Virus record (IMG/VR): IMGVR_UViG_3300043395_003072
Coordinates: 94,463 to 158,462 of that record
Length of the DNA: 64,000 nt
Reading direction: 5' to 3' (one strand)
DNA from: a virus
Below the pieces are notes generated by a model. That model was not told where the DNA came from. It worked only from the letters and a program-made list of their open reading frames with translations, and searched no databases. This document shows, one piece after another, positions 50,621 to 61,000 of this stretch; position 1 is the first letter of the stretch, and every line of letters starts with the position of its first letter. The translations under genes and the position numbers were made by a program.

Positions 50621-50881
50621 ATGCACAATCAGTTTGATCCAGAGAATCGCCAGTGGTGCGGGGAGTGGCCCATCGTGGCCATCCCCGCACCTGAGCCTGA
50701 GCCCACCCCCGAGCCCACGCCTGACCCTGAGCCTGGTATGGTCACGCGTGTTGAGCGCGTGGCCCAGGAAGGGCTTTCTATTGGTGAGATGATTGCTGAG
50801 GGGGTCTCCCTATGGACGCTTGCGTCTTGGGGGATTGCCATCATTGCGAACCTCGCTCGAAAGTTCCGTAAGAAGAACTAA
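50621..50881 (+). CDS. Small protein with a Pro/Glu repeat and a C-terminal hydrophobic helix
   Basis: AAGGAG Shine-Dalgarno before ATG 50621. Contains PEPEPTPEPTPDPEP and ends LWTLASWGIAIIANLARKFRKKN. Confidence 0.65.
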   Translation: MHNQFDPENRQWCGEWPIVAIPAPEPEPTPEPTPDPEPGMVTRVERVAQEGLSIGEMIAEGVSLWTLASWGIAIIANLARKFRKKN

Positions 50882-50886
50882 GAGCA

Positions 50887-51006
50887 CCGCTGCCAGGTGT
50901 AACTCCTGGCGAAACGACTTCCTCTCGCTTCAAGTGAGAGGTTTGCTGTGAGGTGGAATCACAGCTGTAATAGTTGTCAGGGCTTAGCCCTCTGACGATC
51001 CAGCGG
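50887..51006 (+). ncRNA. Hammerhead ribozyme HH2 (variant with branched stem III and an outer closing stem)
   Basis: GCCAGG/CCUGGC hairpin, GAAA (50911), stem III CGACU/AGUUG enclosing two hairpins, GUC (cut after 50978), stem I AGGGC-UUA-GCCCU, CUGACGA. Flanks CCGCU/AGCGG pair. Confidence 0.75.
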
Positions 51007-51224
51007 GGTCCAATCAGCATTCTTTGCTCCAAATACCTGCGTTTGTTTGCTTTTCGTTAAAAGCAGGGATATGGGAGTCACACCCATTGCAAGTGGCCAC
51101 TCCTTTCTGAGTCGTAGTCCAGTCGCTACTTATGCGGCGGTACAGTTGATGCCTCAATCAACCCTGTTACTCTGAAATCAGGTTAAAATTCAGAATCTAC
51201 TAATACGCATAAAAGGAGTATCCT

Positions 51225-51764
51225 ATGCGTAATCTTGTGAAGATGATCCTCGTGAACAACCTCCTCGTCTCTGAGACCCAGGTCACCCAGGGGCTCTTCG
51301 AGGAGGTGATGGGGTGGAACCCCACTCGCAAGGTCAGCCGCTTCTCGCCCCCCACGCCTCACCGCTGTGTAAGGGACGTGTCGTGGTTTCAGTGCGTACG
51401 CTTCTGCAACAAGCTGAGCGACCTTGAGGGGTTGCAGCGAGCTTATTTGCTTGATGAGACTGCAGAGGTAGCCTTTACAATTGAGGGTGCCAATGGCTAC
51501 AGGTTGCCCACAGCAGCCGAGGCCAAGGTCTTCGCCAACAAACTCCTCGTAGCAGTTGCCAATAGGAACTCAGAGTTCCTTCTGGATGTGCATAATCACC
51601 GCCTCAATGACCTTGGCCTCAAGGGCGTGGGTAGTTCATGGGAGTGGACTATCCAAGATGCGGATAGAAAGTTAGATAAAATTGCCACCTGCGACTCTGA
51701 GGCCAGAGGGTGGTTTATGGGTGGTTCAGTGGCGGTGACCTTCCGGGTCGTCCGCTCCCGCTGA
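51225..51764 (+). CDS. FGE-sulfatase (formylglycine-generating enzyme-like, C-type lectin fold) domain protein
   Basis: Contains ETQVTQGLF..VMG.NP, VSWFQCVRFCNKLS..EGL, GYRLPTAAE, WEW and FRVVR; AAGGAG Shine-Dalgarno. Confidence 0.8.
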   Translation: MRNLVKMILVNNLLVSETQVTQGLFEEVMGWNPTRKVSRFSPPTPHRCVRDVSWFQCVRFCNKLSDLEGLQRAYLLDETAEVAFTIEGANGYRLPTAAEAKVFANKLLVAVANRNSEFLLDVHNHRLNDLGLKGVGSSWEWTIQDADRKLDKIATCDSEARGWFMGGSVAVTFRVVRSR

Positions 51765-51808
51765 GTCGTTGTTGTCTGGTCTAGCCGCTTAGGCGGCTCA
51801 AAAATAAA

Positions 51809-51872
51809 GTCCTAGGGTCACCATACCTAGGCCGAAACGCCGTGAGGCGTCCGGGGAAGCCCTGCTGATGAG
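51809..51872 (+). ncRNA. Hammerhead ribozyme HH3
   Basis: Same layout as HH1. GAAA at 51834, GUC cut after 51851, stem I CGGGG-AAG-CCCUG (G-U wobble), CUGAUGAG. Confidence 0.88.
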
Positions 51873-51945
51873 CACCCGCACATAAACGTTACAGGCTGCG
51901 TTTACTGTGAACCTTCCAAGCCTAAAGAGGAGGAGTTCCTCAAAA

Positions 51946-52626
51946 GTGAAAGGCTGCGACTTTACTGCAGCCGAGAAGTGTCCCGTGTTCGTGGGAGACA
52001 TCCACGCTCGTCCAGAGCTGTTGGAAGCCGTCCTCCGCGATTACGGGGATTTGAGGGTCATCCTGCTAGGTGATATCCTCGACGGCCCCGGTGGGGCTCG
52101 TGGCTCTGCTGAGCTTGTCAAGATGGCGCGTAAAAACGCCGTTGAGATGGTGCTCGGCAACCATGAGCTGTATCCGATCTTCGCCACAAGCCGGCAACAG
52201 CTGGCCCAGTGGTGGGGTGAGGATCCTCATGGGAAGACCGCCGAGAGGATCTGGCAGGAGTGGATGGCGATCCACTCTCTCCTTGATGATGAGGACATGG
52301 CATGGCTTCGGTCGTGCCCCCTCTATCTGAGAGGCGAGGGCTGGATTGCCGTTCACGCAAAGACCCTTCCCATCCTTCCTGCCCAGTACGTGACTGGTGC
52401 TCCGACCCAAGCTCAGATCGAGCTTGTGGATCACACGGAGAGCACCCCGTTCTGGGCTGAGGCGTACGATGGCCGTTTCGGCCATGCGTACTTTGGGCAT
52501 ACCCGCCTTTCCAAGGTGGGGCGCGCCCAGTGGCCTCATGCGACCCTGCTCGACTGGGACGCAAAGAAGGATGGTACCTGTGGGGTGTGTGTGCTCGGCG
52601 GCACACCCCACGCGCTTCTCGGCTAA
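51946..52626 (+). CDS. Calcineurin-like metallophosphoesterase (PPP / lambda-phosphatase / ApaH-like)
   Basis: Contains GDIH, GDILDG, GNHE, VHA and FGHT motifs. GTG start at 51946 follows AGGAGG. Confidence 0.85.
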   Translation: MKGCDFTAAEKCPVFVGDIHARPELLEAVLRDYGDLRVILLGDILDGPGGARGSAELVKMARKNAVEMVLGNHELYPIFATSRQQLAQWWGEDPHGKTAERIWQEWMAIHSLLDDEDMAWLRSCPLYLRGEGWIAVHAKTLPILPAQYVTGAPTQAQIELVDHTESTPFWAEAYDGRFGHAYFGHTRLSKVGRAQWPHATLLDWDAKKDGTCGVCVLGGTPHALLG

Positions 52627-52729
52627 CGCCGAGTTCCCGAACCCTTAAGCTTTTGGGTTAATAAAGCAACAGCCCGACCCCCTAGAGTGGTCACTTCCTG
52701 AGCATGAAGGAAAAAACTGCTCACCAAAC

Positions 52730-52812
52730 CCTAGGGTTCACCATACCTAGGTCGAAACCATGCTGGGGGGGTTACACCCCCAGGCATGGTCCGGGGAAGC
52801 CCCGCTGATGAG
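52730..52812 (+). ncRNA. Hammerhead ribozyme HH4
   Basis: CCUAGG hairpin, UC-GAAA (52754), long stem III CCAUGC-UGGGGG...CCCCCA-G-GCAUGG, GUC cut after 52791, stem I CGGGG-AAG-CCCCG, CUGAUGAG. Confidence 0.88.
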
Positions 52813-52860
52813 TCAAGCTCACAGATTAAAAAACAAACCGCGCACACAAGGAGAATTCCA

Positions 52861-53556
52861 ATGCGCAACCTCATCGTCACCGCCCTCGCGATCCGCGAGT
52901 TCACCCCCACCGCCCCCATTGCTTGCTCCCTCGCCCTCCCTGCCCACACCGATACCACCACCATCGTGGAGCCCCCTGCCCCCGACATGGCGCCCATCTC
53001 TACCCCGCCGCTCATCGACATCTCGATGGGCAACATCGTAGAGCAGATGCGGGCCTTTGACCCGCCGCTCTGGGTGCGTCCCGGGGTGGCGGGGTTTAGG
53101 GTGGTGTGGGGTGAGGTCACGCCCCCAGTCCCCCTCGAGGTGGAGGTCGGGGGTGTTGGGGGTTGCCTCCCTCACGTGGCGGGGGTGTGGGACGGGAAGC
53201 GGATCAGGGTAGCCACGTGGGGGAAGAAGGGGAACAAACAGTTCCACCGCGGCGGACTGGAGGGCACGATAGTGCATGAATTTGCCCACGTACTTCAATG
53301 GTATGGGGCCGGCAACAGCATCGGTGATTGGTACTATACCAACCACCACGATGAGCAATCCCACTTGTTCAAGAAGTGGGAAAGTGTCTTGTCCCCGTTC
53401 TACGCGGGGTCGCACGAGGCGGAAAGCACCGCCGAAGTGTTCAGGGTGTTAAAGGGGTACCGTTCCGATGAGGAGTGGGAGAACAACTCCCAACTCCTGA
53501 AGGAATGGGAAGGTTTCCTTAGGGGGAACGAAGTGTTCAAGCACTTCTTCCCCTAG
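52861..53556 (+). CDS. Putative zinc metallopeptidase
   Basis: TIVHEFAHVL (HExxH) with a downstream Y.....E.TAE; AAGGAG Shine-Dalgarno before ATG 52861. Confidence 0.65.
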   Translation: MRNLIVTALAIREFTPTAPIACSLALPAHTDTTTIVEPPAPDMAPISTPPLIDISMGNIVEQMRAFDPPLWVRPGVAGFRVVWGEVTPPVPLEVEVGGVGGCLPHVAGVWDGKRIRVATWGKKGNKQFHRGGLEGTIVHEFAHVLQWYGAGNSIGDWYYTNHHDEQSHLFKKWESVLSPFYAGSHEAESTAEVFRVLKGYRSDEEWENNSQLLKEWEGFLRGNEVFKHFFP

Positions 53557-53589
53557 TCTTCCGACCTGAAGAGGTCATTAAATATACTA

Positions 53590-53660
53590 GTCCTGGGGTC
53601 ACCATACCCAGGCCGAAACGCCTCCCTTTTGGGGGCGTCCCGGGAAGCCCGGCTGATGAG
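53590..53660 (+). ncRNA. Hammerhead ribozyme HH5
   Basis: Covarying hairpin CCUGGG/CCCAGG, CC-GAAA (53615), stem III CGCCUCC/GGGGGCG, GUC cut after 53639, covarying stem I CCGGG-AAG-CCCGG, CUGAUGAG. Confidence 0.9.
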
Positions 53661-53714
53661 AGTTGTAATTCAGCACTCCTTCAGATTCAACCCACCTGCA
53701 TACAGGAGAATCCT

Positions 53715-55007
53715 ATGCAGACTAAGTCCTCGGCGGCTACCACCGCCCGCCCTAACACCCCCACCCTCCGCGACGCGGAGCAGGCCGCGCTCGCCCGGTG
53801 GAGGGCGCTGCCCACCACCACCGCCACCACCCCCACCACCCCCACCCAGGCCGCCGCGCTGCCCCCCGCTGCGCCGTCCACGGAGACCACCATGACCATG
53901 GCACAGATCGTTGGTCGCATCACCCTCAAGGTGAGCGCCAAGGAGCGCCCCGCCCGCCTCGCCCCGCCCCAGCGTGCCACCCGCCGCACCCCCCTCACCC
54001 GCGCCGCCCTCGCCACCACTCTCCCCATGCTCGAGACGCGCTACGAGCGCGTTGCGGGCACCCTGCGCCTCAACGACAAAGGGGGTGTCGTTTCGCGCCA
54101 CCCCGCTCTCACCCCCTGGGTGACTTTCGACCCGCAGTCGCGGGATTACAGCATCGATCGCTACATCGACGGCCCCGGGCTCCTCGCCCTCAGCCGCAAG
54201 GTGGGCGCCAAGGTGGTGTTCGCCAACGCCACCTTTACCGCCCTCGCCGCCCTTACCCCTGAGCAGCGCGCCCTGCGCCGCGCCGCCCGCCGCGTCGCCC
54301 GCCGCACCGAGGCCGAGCGCCTCGACGCCGAGCGCACCGCCCACGCCCTCGCCGCCGCCCACGCCCGCGCCGCCGCCCTCGAGGAGGAGGCCCAGCGCCG
54401 CGCCGAGCGCGCCCTGGCCCGCAACACCCTCAAGGCGGAGCGCACCGCCCTCGCCCTCGACCTCGCCGGCGAGATGGGCGTGACCACCGCCGCCGCCCGC
54501 CGCGCCCTCCTCGACGCGGACTGGAGCATAGAGGACGCGCGCAACGCCCTTGAGCTCGCCGCCATGAAGGCCGAGGAGCGCAAGGAGCGCAAGGAGGAGC
54601 GCAAGGAGGCCGCCGACGCCCTCGCCGCGGCCCCCGCGAAGGTAAAGACCGCCCTGAAGGGCATCGCGAATCAGGCCCTCAAGGGCCGCATCGCCCTGGT
54701 CCTCGACAGCCTCAAGGGCCGCCTGCTCGGGGTGGCCCTCAAGGCAGCCCTCGCCGCCGCCGCCACCACCCCCGACGCCAACACCACCCTCACCACCGAC
54801 CGCCTCCAGTGCATCATCGCCAGCGCTGTCGACGAGGAGCGCATCCGCCGCGATCTCGCGGTGGAGCGCAAGCTCAAGATGAAGGCGGCCATCAAGGCGC
54901 GCAGCGAGGAGGTCACCAACCTCTTCGCCCGCGCCAAGGGGGGCGACAAGGGTGTGCCTCAGGCACTCACCCTCGCCATCACCCTCGCCCGCAAGGTGCG
55001 TGGCTAA
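53715..55007 (+). CDS. Ala/Arg-rich protein with a UBA/EF-Ts-N-like helical domain
   Basis: 430 aa with an AGGAG Shine-Dalgarno. EMGVTTAAARRALLDADWSIEDARNAL matches the UBA-like pattern. Codons are extremely C-ending. Confidence 0.6.
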   Translation: MQTKSSAATTARPNTPTLRDAEQAALARWRALPTTTATTPTTPTQAAALPPAAPSTETTMTMAQIVGRITLKVSAKERPARLAPPQRATRRTPLTRAALATTLPMLETRYERVAGTLRLNDKGGVVSRHPALTPWVTFDPQSRDYSIDRYIDGPGLLALSRKVGAKVVFANATFTALAALTPEQRALRRAARRVARRTEAERLDAERTAHALAAAHARAAALEEEAQRRAERALARNTLKAERTALALDLAGEMGVTTAAARRALLDADWSIEDARNALELAAMKAEERKERKEERKEAADALAAAPAKVKTALKGIANQALKGRIALVLDSLKGRLLGVALKAALAAAATTPDANTTLTTDRLQCIIASAVDEERIRRDLAVERKLKMKAAIKARSEEVTNLFARAKGGDKGVPQALTLAITLARKVRG

Positions 55008-55008
55008 G

Positions 55009-58000
55009 ATGTCTGCTGAGAACAACAGCAACATCACCGCCACCCCCGCCAACGAGCAGGAGAGCACGATGACCACCACCACCACCACCACTACCGCCGC
55101 CCCGGCCACTCCCGCCACCGAGCAGGAGCAGGTTGTGCACACGGACAACGTCACCCTCCCCAAGGCCACCCCGTGGGATGCTTCCTTCCTTGAGGCTATC
55201 AAGGACCGGGACTTCCCTGAGGCGTTTAAGACCTTGGTGCTGGCGCACTTCAAGGAGCGCCAGCTGCACCCCATGTTGTGCTGGGGCCACCATTCCACCA
55301 AGCAGCTTGAGGAGTTCATCTCCAACCAGTTGCCCTTGGACAGCGCCTTGCGCGCGTTCCAGCTGGACACCTGGGGCAGCCGCAGCTTCATTGGGCGGCA
55401 CTTTTCGCCGCTCTTCAAGGCTCGCTGGGAGTCCCTCAAGAAGAGCCAGGAGGAGGAGGAGATGGCTGAGATCGAGCGCCTCAACAAGCTGGAGGAGGTT
55501 AAGCAGGCCGAGCGTGACGCCGATAAGGCCCAGCGCAAGGCTGAGCGTGAGGCTCAGCGTGAGGCCGAGAAGGCTCAGCGCAAGGCTCAGCGTGAGGCTC
55601 AGCGTGAGGCCGAGAAGGCTCCCAAGAAGCCTTGGAGGAATGTGCCAAACCTCCACCTCGACCGCACCGAGCTGTCCACCTACACGGTGGAGCAGCTCAA
55701 GGCTCTGGCGGTCATCAACGCGACCGCCCTCCTTGTGCAGATCGACAGCACCCTCAGCCTCAAGCTTGTGCAGACTGAGGATGGCTTGGTCATGCCCGAG
55801 AGTCCTGCGAAGCCCACGCAGATCATGAAGGGCTTCGGGACCGCCAAGAAGGCGGACCTCATCAAGCTCCTCAACTGGATGGGCTCAGGCGACATGAGCA
55901 TGCGCCCGGCAGGAGCCACCAGTGACCTCGTCAAGGCGGTTGCCCAAAACTACCGCCCTGAGGAGGAGAAGCCGGAGGAGTCCCTCGCTGAGGTGATGGT
56001 GATCGGGAAGGCCGAGAGGCAGGAGAGCGCGAAGGCCAAGAGGCGTCGCCGCGAAAGCATTGTGCAGCTTGAGGAGGCCATCAAGGCTTTCCCCGCGCAG
56101 GCTGACGCCATCAAGCCCATCAAGGAGATGGTCTCGGCGGGCGGGGATACCCCGACCCACATTGACCTCGAGCAGGTTGACCGCGCCAGCAAGGCGTTGG
56201 AGGGTAACACCCTGGAGCAGGTCAGCTCTCAGGTGGGAGCCACCTACTGCCTGACGCTCCAGGTCTACCCGACCAACGAGCGCACCGCTCATGGCGATGG
56301 CAACCATGCCCAGGTCATGAAGGTGGCCTTGGTGCCCAGTGTCGCCTGGCGCCAAGGTGCCAGCTTCTTGGTCAACCAGTTTAACAACTGGATTGGCCTT
56401 GAGCAGAACCAGGACTTGGCGAAGAAGCTCAATGCCAAGCCGTTTAAGGTCGAGGTGGACGATTTCATTTTCGTCCAAAACAAGACCGACGAGAACGGCA
56501 ACGAGTCCGCCATCCCTGAGCTCAACAGGGTATTGACGAAGCTCGGGTATTTGGCGGTCACGCCGGGCTTCTGGCTCAAGAAGAACCACCCCTACTGCGC
56601 GTGGATCAAGAGCGTTTTCAAGACGAACTTGGTTGTGCGTGGGCGTGCCCGCAGCATCGCTACCACCCCGTATCAGGCTCAGCTGTCTTTCCAGCTTGAG
56701 CGTGATGCCGAGGGCAATGTCATTGGTGTGAGCAACACCCCGGTGTTCGTCGCCGACCTCACGAAGTACGGCCATGTGGGTCTTGATGGTAGCAATATCA
56801 TCAGCAAGAACCTCATGGGTACGGGGTGGACGCCGGGGGTTGTCGCGCAGATTCGCCTGCACACCAACCCCTACATCGCCCAGTCGTACGGCGTGCAGGG
56901 CAAGGGGCTGGCTCGCGCCCACAATGCCTGGGCGGTGCACACCCAGAGCGGGTGGGTCATTAAGACCGACTTCTATGCGAAGAAGTCGATCATTGACCAG
57001 GACGACAACCTCTCCCCCGCCGAGAAGGAGAGCGCCATCAAGGCGTTGAAGGCAGAGTACCTGCCCGCAATCATCCTTCACTATGACAACGTGAAGGGCG
57101 CGGGCTCGAAGGAGCTCGAGAAGGCGGTCAAGGGCAAGACCACCCTCTTGAACCTCAACCAGTGGGGCATGGAGGATGGTTATGAGTCTGCCCTCTTCGG
57201 TGGGGTGATCGCCGAGGATTACCGCGGTCAGAGCACCACGAGCTGGCAGAACGGCCAGCTCTACAGCCCCGAGGTGCTCGACGCCAACAAGGCCTACATC
57301 CACAAGCTCCTCGACACTGCCTTCAAGAAGCTGGCGGTTTCGGGAGAGAGTGCACTCTCCGATGTTGAGGGGTTTGATGTTGGCCTGCGGCAGCTTATCG
57401 CTGCCCAGCAGGCTAGCAACCACAAGTGGGTGACGTCGGTTGCTTTTGGTGCAAACCAGAAGTGGCCCACGTTCTACTGCGAGCAGATGGATATGCCCGC
57501 AGGCTTTGTGGTCGCAGGCTCCAAGATCGGTGGGAAGGCTGACAAGCTGGCAATCACTGGCCAGCCTCAGCTCTACCACCAGTGCTTGGTGGTCGCCAAC
57601 CGTCTCAGCTGGGACGATGTCAACGCCGTCATCGAGCACCTTGATGGCGAAAAGGTCACCCTCACTGAGCTCCAGGTTAAGTGGCTGGCAGCTTGGGGTA
57701 AGATGGGGGTGTCCGATGATGATATCCTCCATCGCCTTCGCTGGATGGCTGGTGGCTTCGTGCCCAATGGCACTGAGTCGCTGATCTGGGTCTCTACTGT
57801 AGACCAGAAAACCATGCAGCGAGATTCGGACGGTGACCGCCTCTTGGTGCTTTGGGATAAGGATATGATTAAGCTTGTTGAGGATCACAACAAGTCGATC
57901 GAGGCCCTCCTTAAGCCCCACCTGGAGGTGGACAGGAAGACCGCTCTGGATGGCGACCAGAAGTACAAGGACTTGGCCAATGGCGATTGGGGCAACCCAG

Positions 58001-61000
58001 ATATCGCTGAGGAGGCCAATGAGTACATCTGCGCGCCAAACGCAGGTCAGGGGCCCACGGGCGAGTTGGTTAACGCCAACAGCGCTGTGTTGAACCACTT
58101 TGTGTGGCAGCAGGTCAACGGCACCTGGCAGCCCGAGTCAGACAAGATGCACCACATCTTGAAGCTTTACGGTTTCATGTGCCTCTTGATCCAATGCTCC
58201 ATTGACCGCCAGAAAAAGGTCTGGGCGGTCCCGGCTCTGTGCCAGTGGCTGGCGCTGGACTTATATAGTGGAGAGATCACGTCCTACGAAACCCTTGCTC
58301 CTGGTGTGGAGAAGTACAGCTTCTTCATTCAGACTAAGAGCGGCGACAAGTCCATCCGCGAGATCCCTGTGCGTACCGGCTACGCCGATATGTTCAACAG
58401 GAGCATCATCAAGCCTTGGTTGGCAATGATGATCAACTTGGTGAATGCCAAGAGCACCTGTTTGAACGACACCACTGGGGCTTCTTTCCAGAAGGTGTTT
58501 AAGGATGTCGCTCAGGCGTTCTTGGACTCCTCGAACAACCCTGGCGGGTTTGACTGGGCGGCGATCGCTCAGGCAATCGGTGCGCAGGTCTCGGCCGAGG
58601 AGCTCAAGAGCAAGTGGGTTTTCCCCGACGAGCTCTACAGCTTTAAGGATCAGGCCTCGCTCTACGTGCCTGTTCCCAAGGCTGCCCCGGGGATCAAGTG
58701 GCTCACCACCAAGGCCACCGAGGTCTACTCGGGCTGGCGGAAGGAGAAGGGTATTTCCAACTACCCCTCCAGGCAGCTCTTCTTGAAGTTGAGCGGCCTG
58801 ACTGCCGACTGGATGGCAAAGCCCAATGCCCACTTTGGCGACGATTCCAGCGCGCTGGACTTCGTCAGGGAGTTCTCGAGCATGATGGCCCGTTCTGTCG
58901 CACAGAACCTGGCTAGCGTCGCCAACAGCGAGATCAAGCAGGGGCGCGGCGGCGACACCGCCCGAGAGGCGTTGAAGGAGATCCGTGCCGCGTTGACTGT
59001 CTTTGATGTGTACCACCCCGTCAGCAAGCTTATCAAGTATGCTGTGGGGAGGGACGCCAAGCCGGCCAACGTGAGCATGGCCTGTCTCGGTCTCATCCGT
59101 ATGTGGACCAAGTCTTGGTTGACCTCAGCGGCGACAAACTCCCTGATCGAGTACTTCTCTGTACTTAATCTTTACGGGCAGATCGACGCCAACTTCGACT
59201 GGTCTGTCCAGGAGGAGACTGAAGCGACTCGGTCCGTGAAGGAGGAGGTCACCCCCATTGAGGTCGCGAAGAACGTTCTTCGCAACTTGGAGGTGGTCTG
59301 CAACGAGGAGAATAAAACCCTCCTCATGCAGATGATCGATGACGTCAATAGCGACGTCAGCCTTGCCACCCTTGTGGAGAAGAACCGCCTTGCCGCTCAG
59401 CTTCACGAGTACAGCATCGCGGCTGAGCCCACTGGTGCCGAGCGCATCCTCACCGAGTGGTTGCCTGCGCTGGAGCTGGCCCAGGACAACATCGATATGG
59501 CCACAGAGAGGCGTGAGCTTTTCCTGGATGATAGCATATTCCAGGACTTCTGTGGTCTTGTCGGGGATCCCAGCATCGTCACCGAGAGGGCGTTCCTGGA
59601 TTTTGCCCAGAGGAAGATCCTTCCCGTGTTGAGCAGGAAGCTGCTCAGCCTGACGAAGAGCCAGGCCAACCTGGCGAACCAGGCTGACACCTGCATGCTC
59701 AACTGGTACCGCCTTGTGGCGAACCAGGCGGGGTGGGACGCCACGAAGCTTGTGAATAATCTCGCAGGCTTCACCAAGCTGTACCTGCCGCACATGCTCC
59801 CTCGCACCCGCGAGATTGTGGATCTCATGACCCCCTTTGTGCAGGCCTATCGCACGAAGGTGTGGATCCTTGACATGTACGGCAAGGTCGGGTCTCTTGG
59901 TACGAGCGATCCGCAGGTCCACAATCAGCGGATGGTGACCATGGTCGAGGAGGCGGTCTTCAACATGAAGCACGTCTTCGACCCCACCAGTGGCACTCTC
60001 CGCAAGGAGAAGACGATCAAGAGTCGTCCCGAGGTGGCAGTGAGCCCGGCGCTTCGTGCCAAGTTCACCTGGGAGCTCCTTTCTGAGGGGCTTAGCCATT
60101 ACGGTCTCCACACCACTCGGCGCCCGGCGTTCATCGATACCAAGGATGGTAAGAAGATGATCGTCACTCGCACCGACCGGTGGGTTTACATGGACTCCAA
60201 GATGCCCCGCAACTTGGACATCCTGAATAAGGCCTGCGAGCAGGGTCTGGTCATCGGCCACATCTTCAACCCTGACTGGTTGAAGGTGATGTTGGAGTCG
60301 GTCAAAAACCAGCTCAATGTCCCGGAGCTCTCGGCTGATGAGAAGGTGAACCTCGAGGCGAAGAAAGACGTGCTTGAGTACGCTCTCGCAGACGTGCTTA
60401 GCATGTACGTCATTGAGGACACCTCCCCTCGCACCCACGAGAGGCAGCTACTCGGCTCGCTGGCCTTCCCTGCCTGGTACGGTGGTCGGGATAAGTGCTT
60501 CCAGCACACCCCCTTTGACAGCTACCGCACCAGCGCTCACCGCTCGGTGTGGCGCTTCATCATGAGCGTCATGCCCTTGCAGGCTGAGTTTCAGGACAAG
60601 GCAGAGCTCTACGACCGCCTGACTGGCTGCCAGACGCTTAACGCGTCGAACAGACGTGGGTTTGCGGTCAGTGAGAACACTGACTGGGTGAACGCCCTCA
60701 GCACCAGCTCTTGGGGTACGAGCACGGCCAACTCGGGCTACTCCCGGGCTCCTCGGGACTTCAACACCACCCCCGGCGACATGTTCATCAATGGAACTTG
60801 GTCGAAGCCCAATCGCAGCCCTGCTGCGGAGAACCTCGGGATGCTCGACATCCAGGTCGGGAACATCTCGTTCCAGATGAGGACCGACGCTTACGTCTCT
60901 AATGCGGGCTGCACCTTCCAGGTCAGCTCTCGCTCCAGGGAAGATTCGGAGAACTGGGTCGAGAATGCCCCCTCCGGGTTTGGGGAGTCCAAGGGAATCC

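Noticed and set aside
50381-53660. Repeated spacers as a CRISPR array or integron attC sites
   Set aside because: The repeats are separated by whole genes, there is no cas or integrase gene and no GTTRRRY/RYYYAAC boxes. The hammerhead fold explains the conservation.
53670-60438. Long minus-strand ORFs (622, 737, 437, 251 aa) opposite the GC-rich genes
   Set aside because: These are antisense shadows of strongly biased codon usage. They lack Shine-Dalgarno sites, have odd composition, and the plus frame carries the recognisable motifs.
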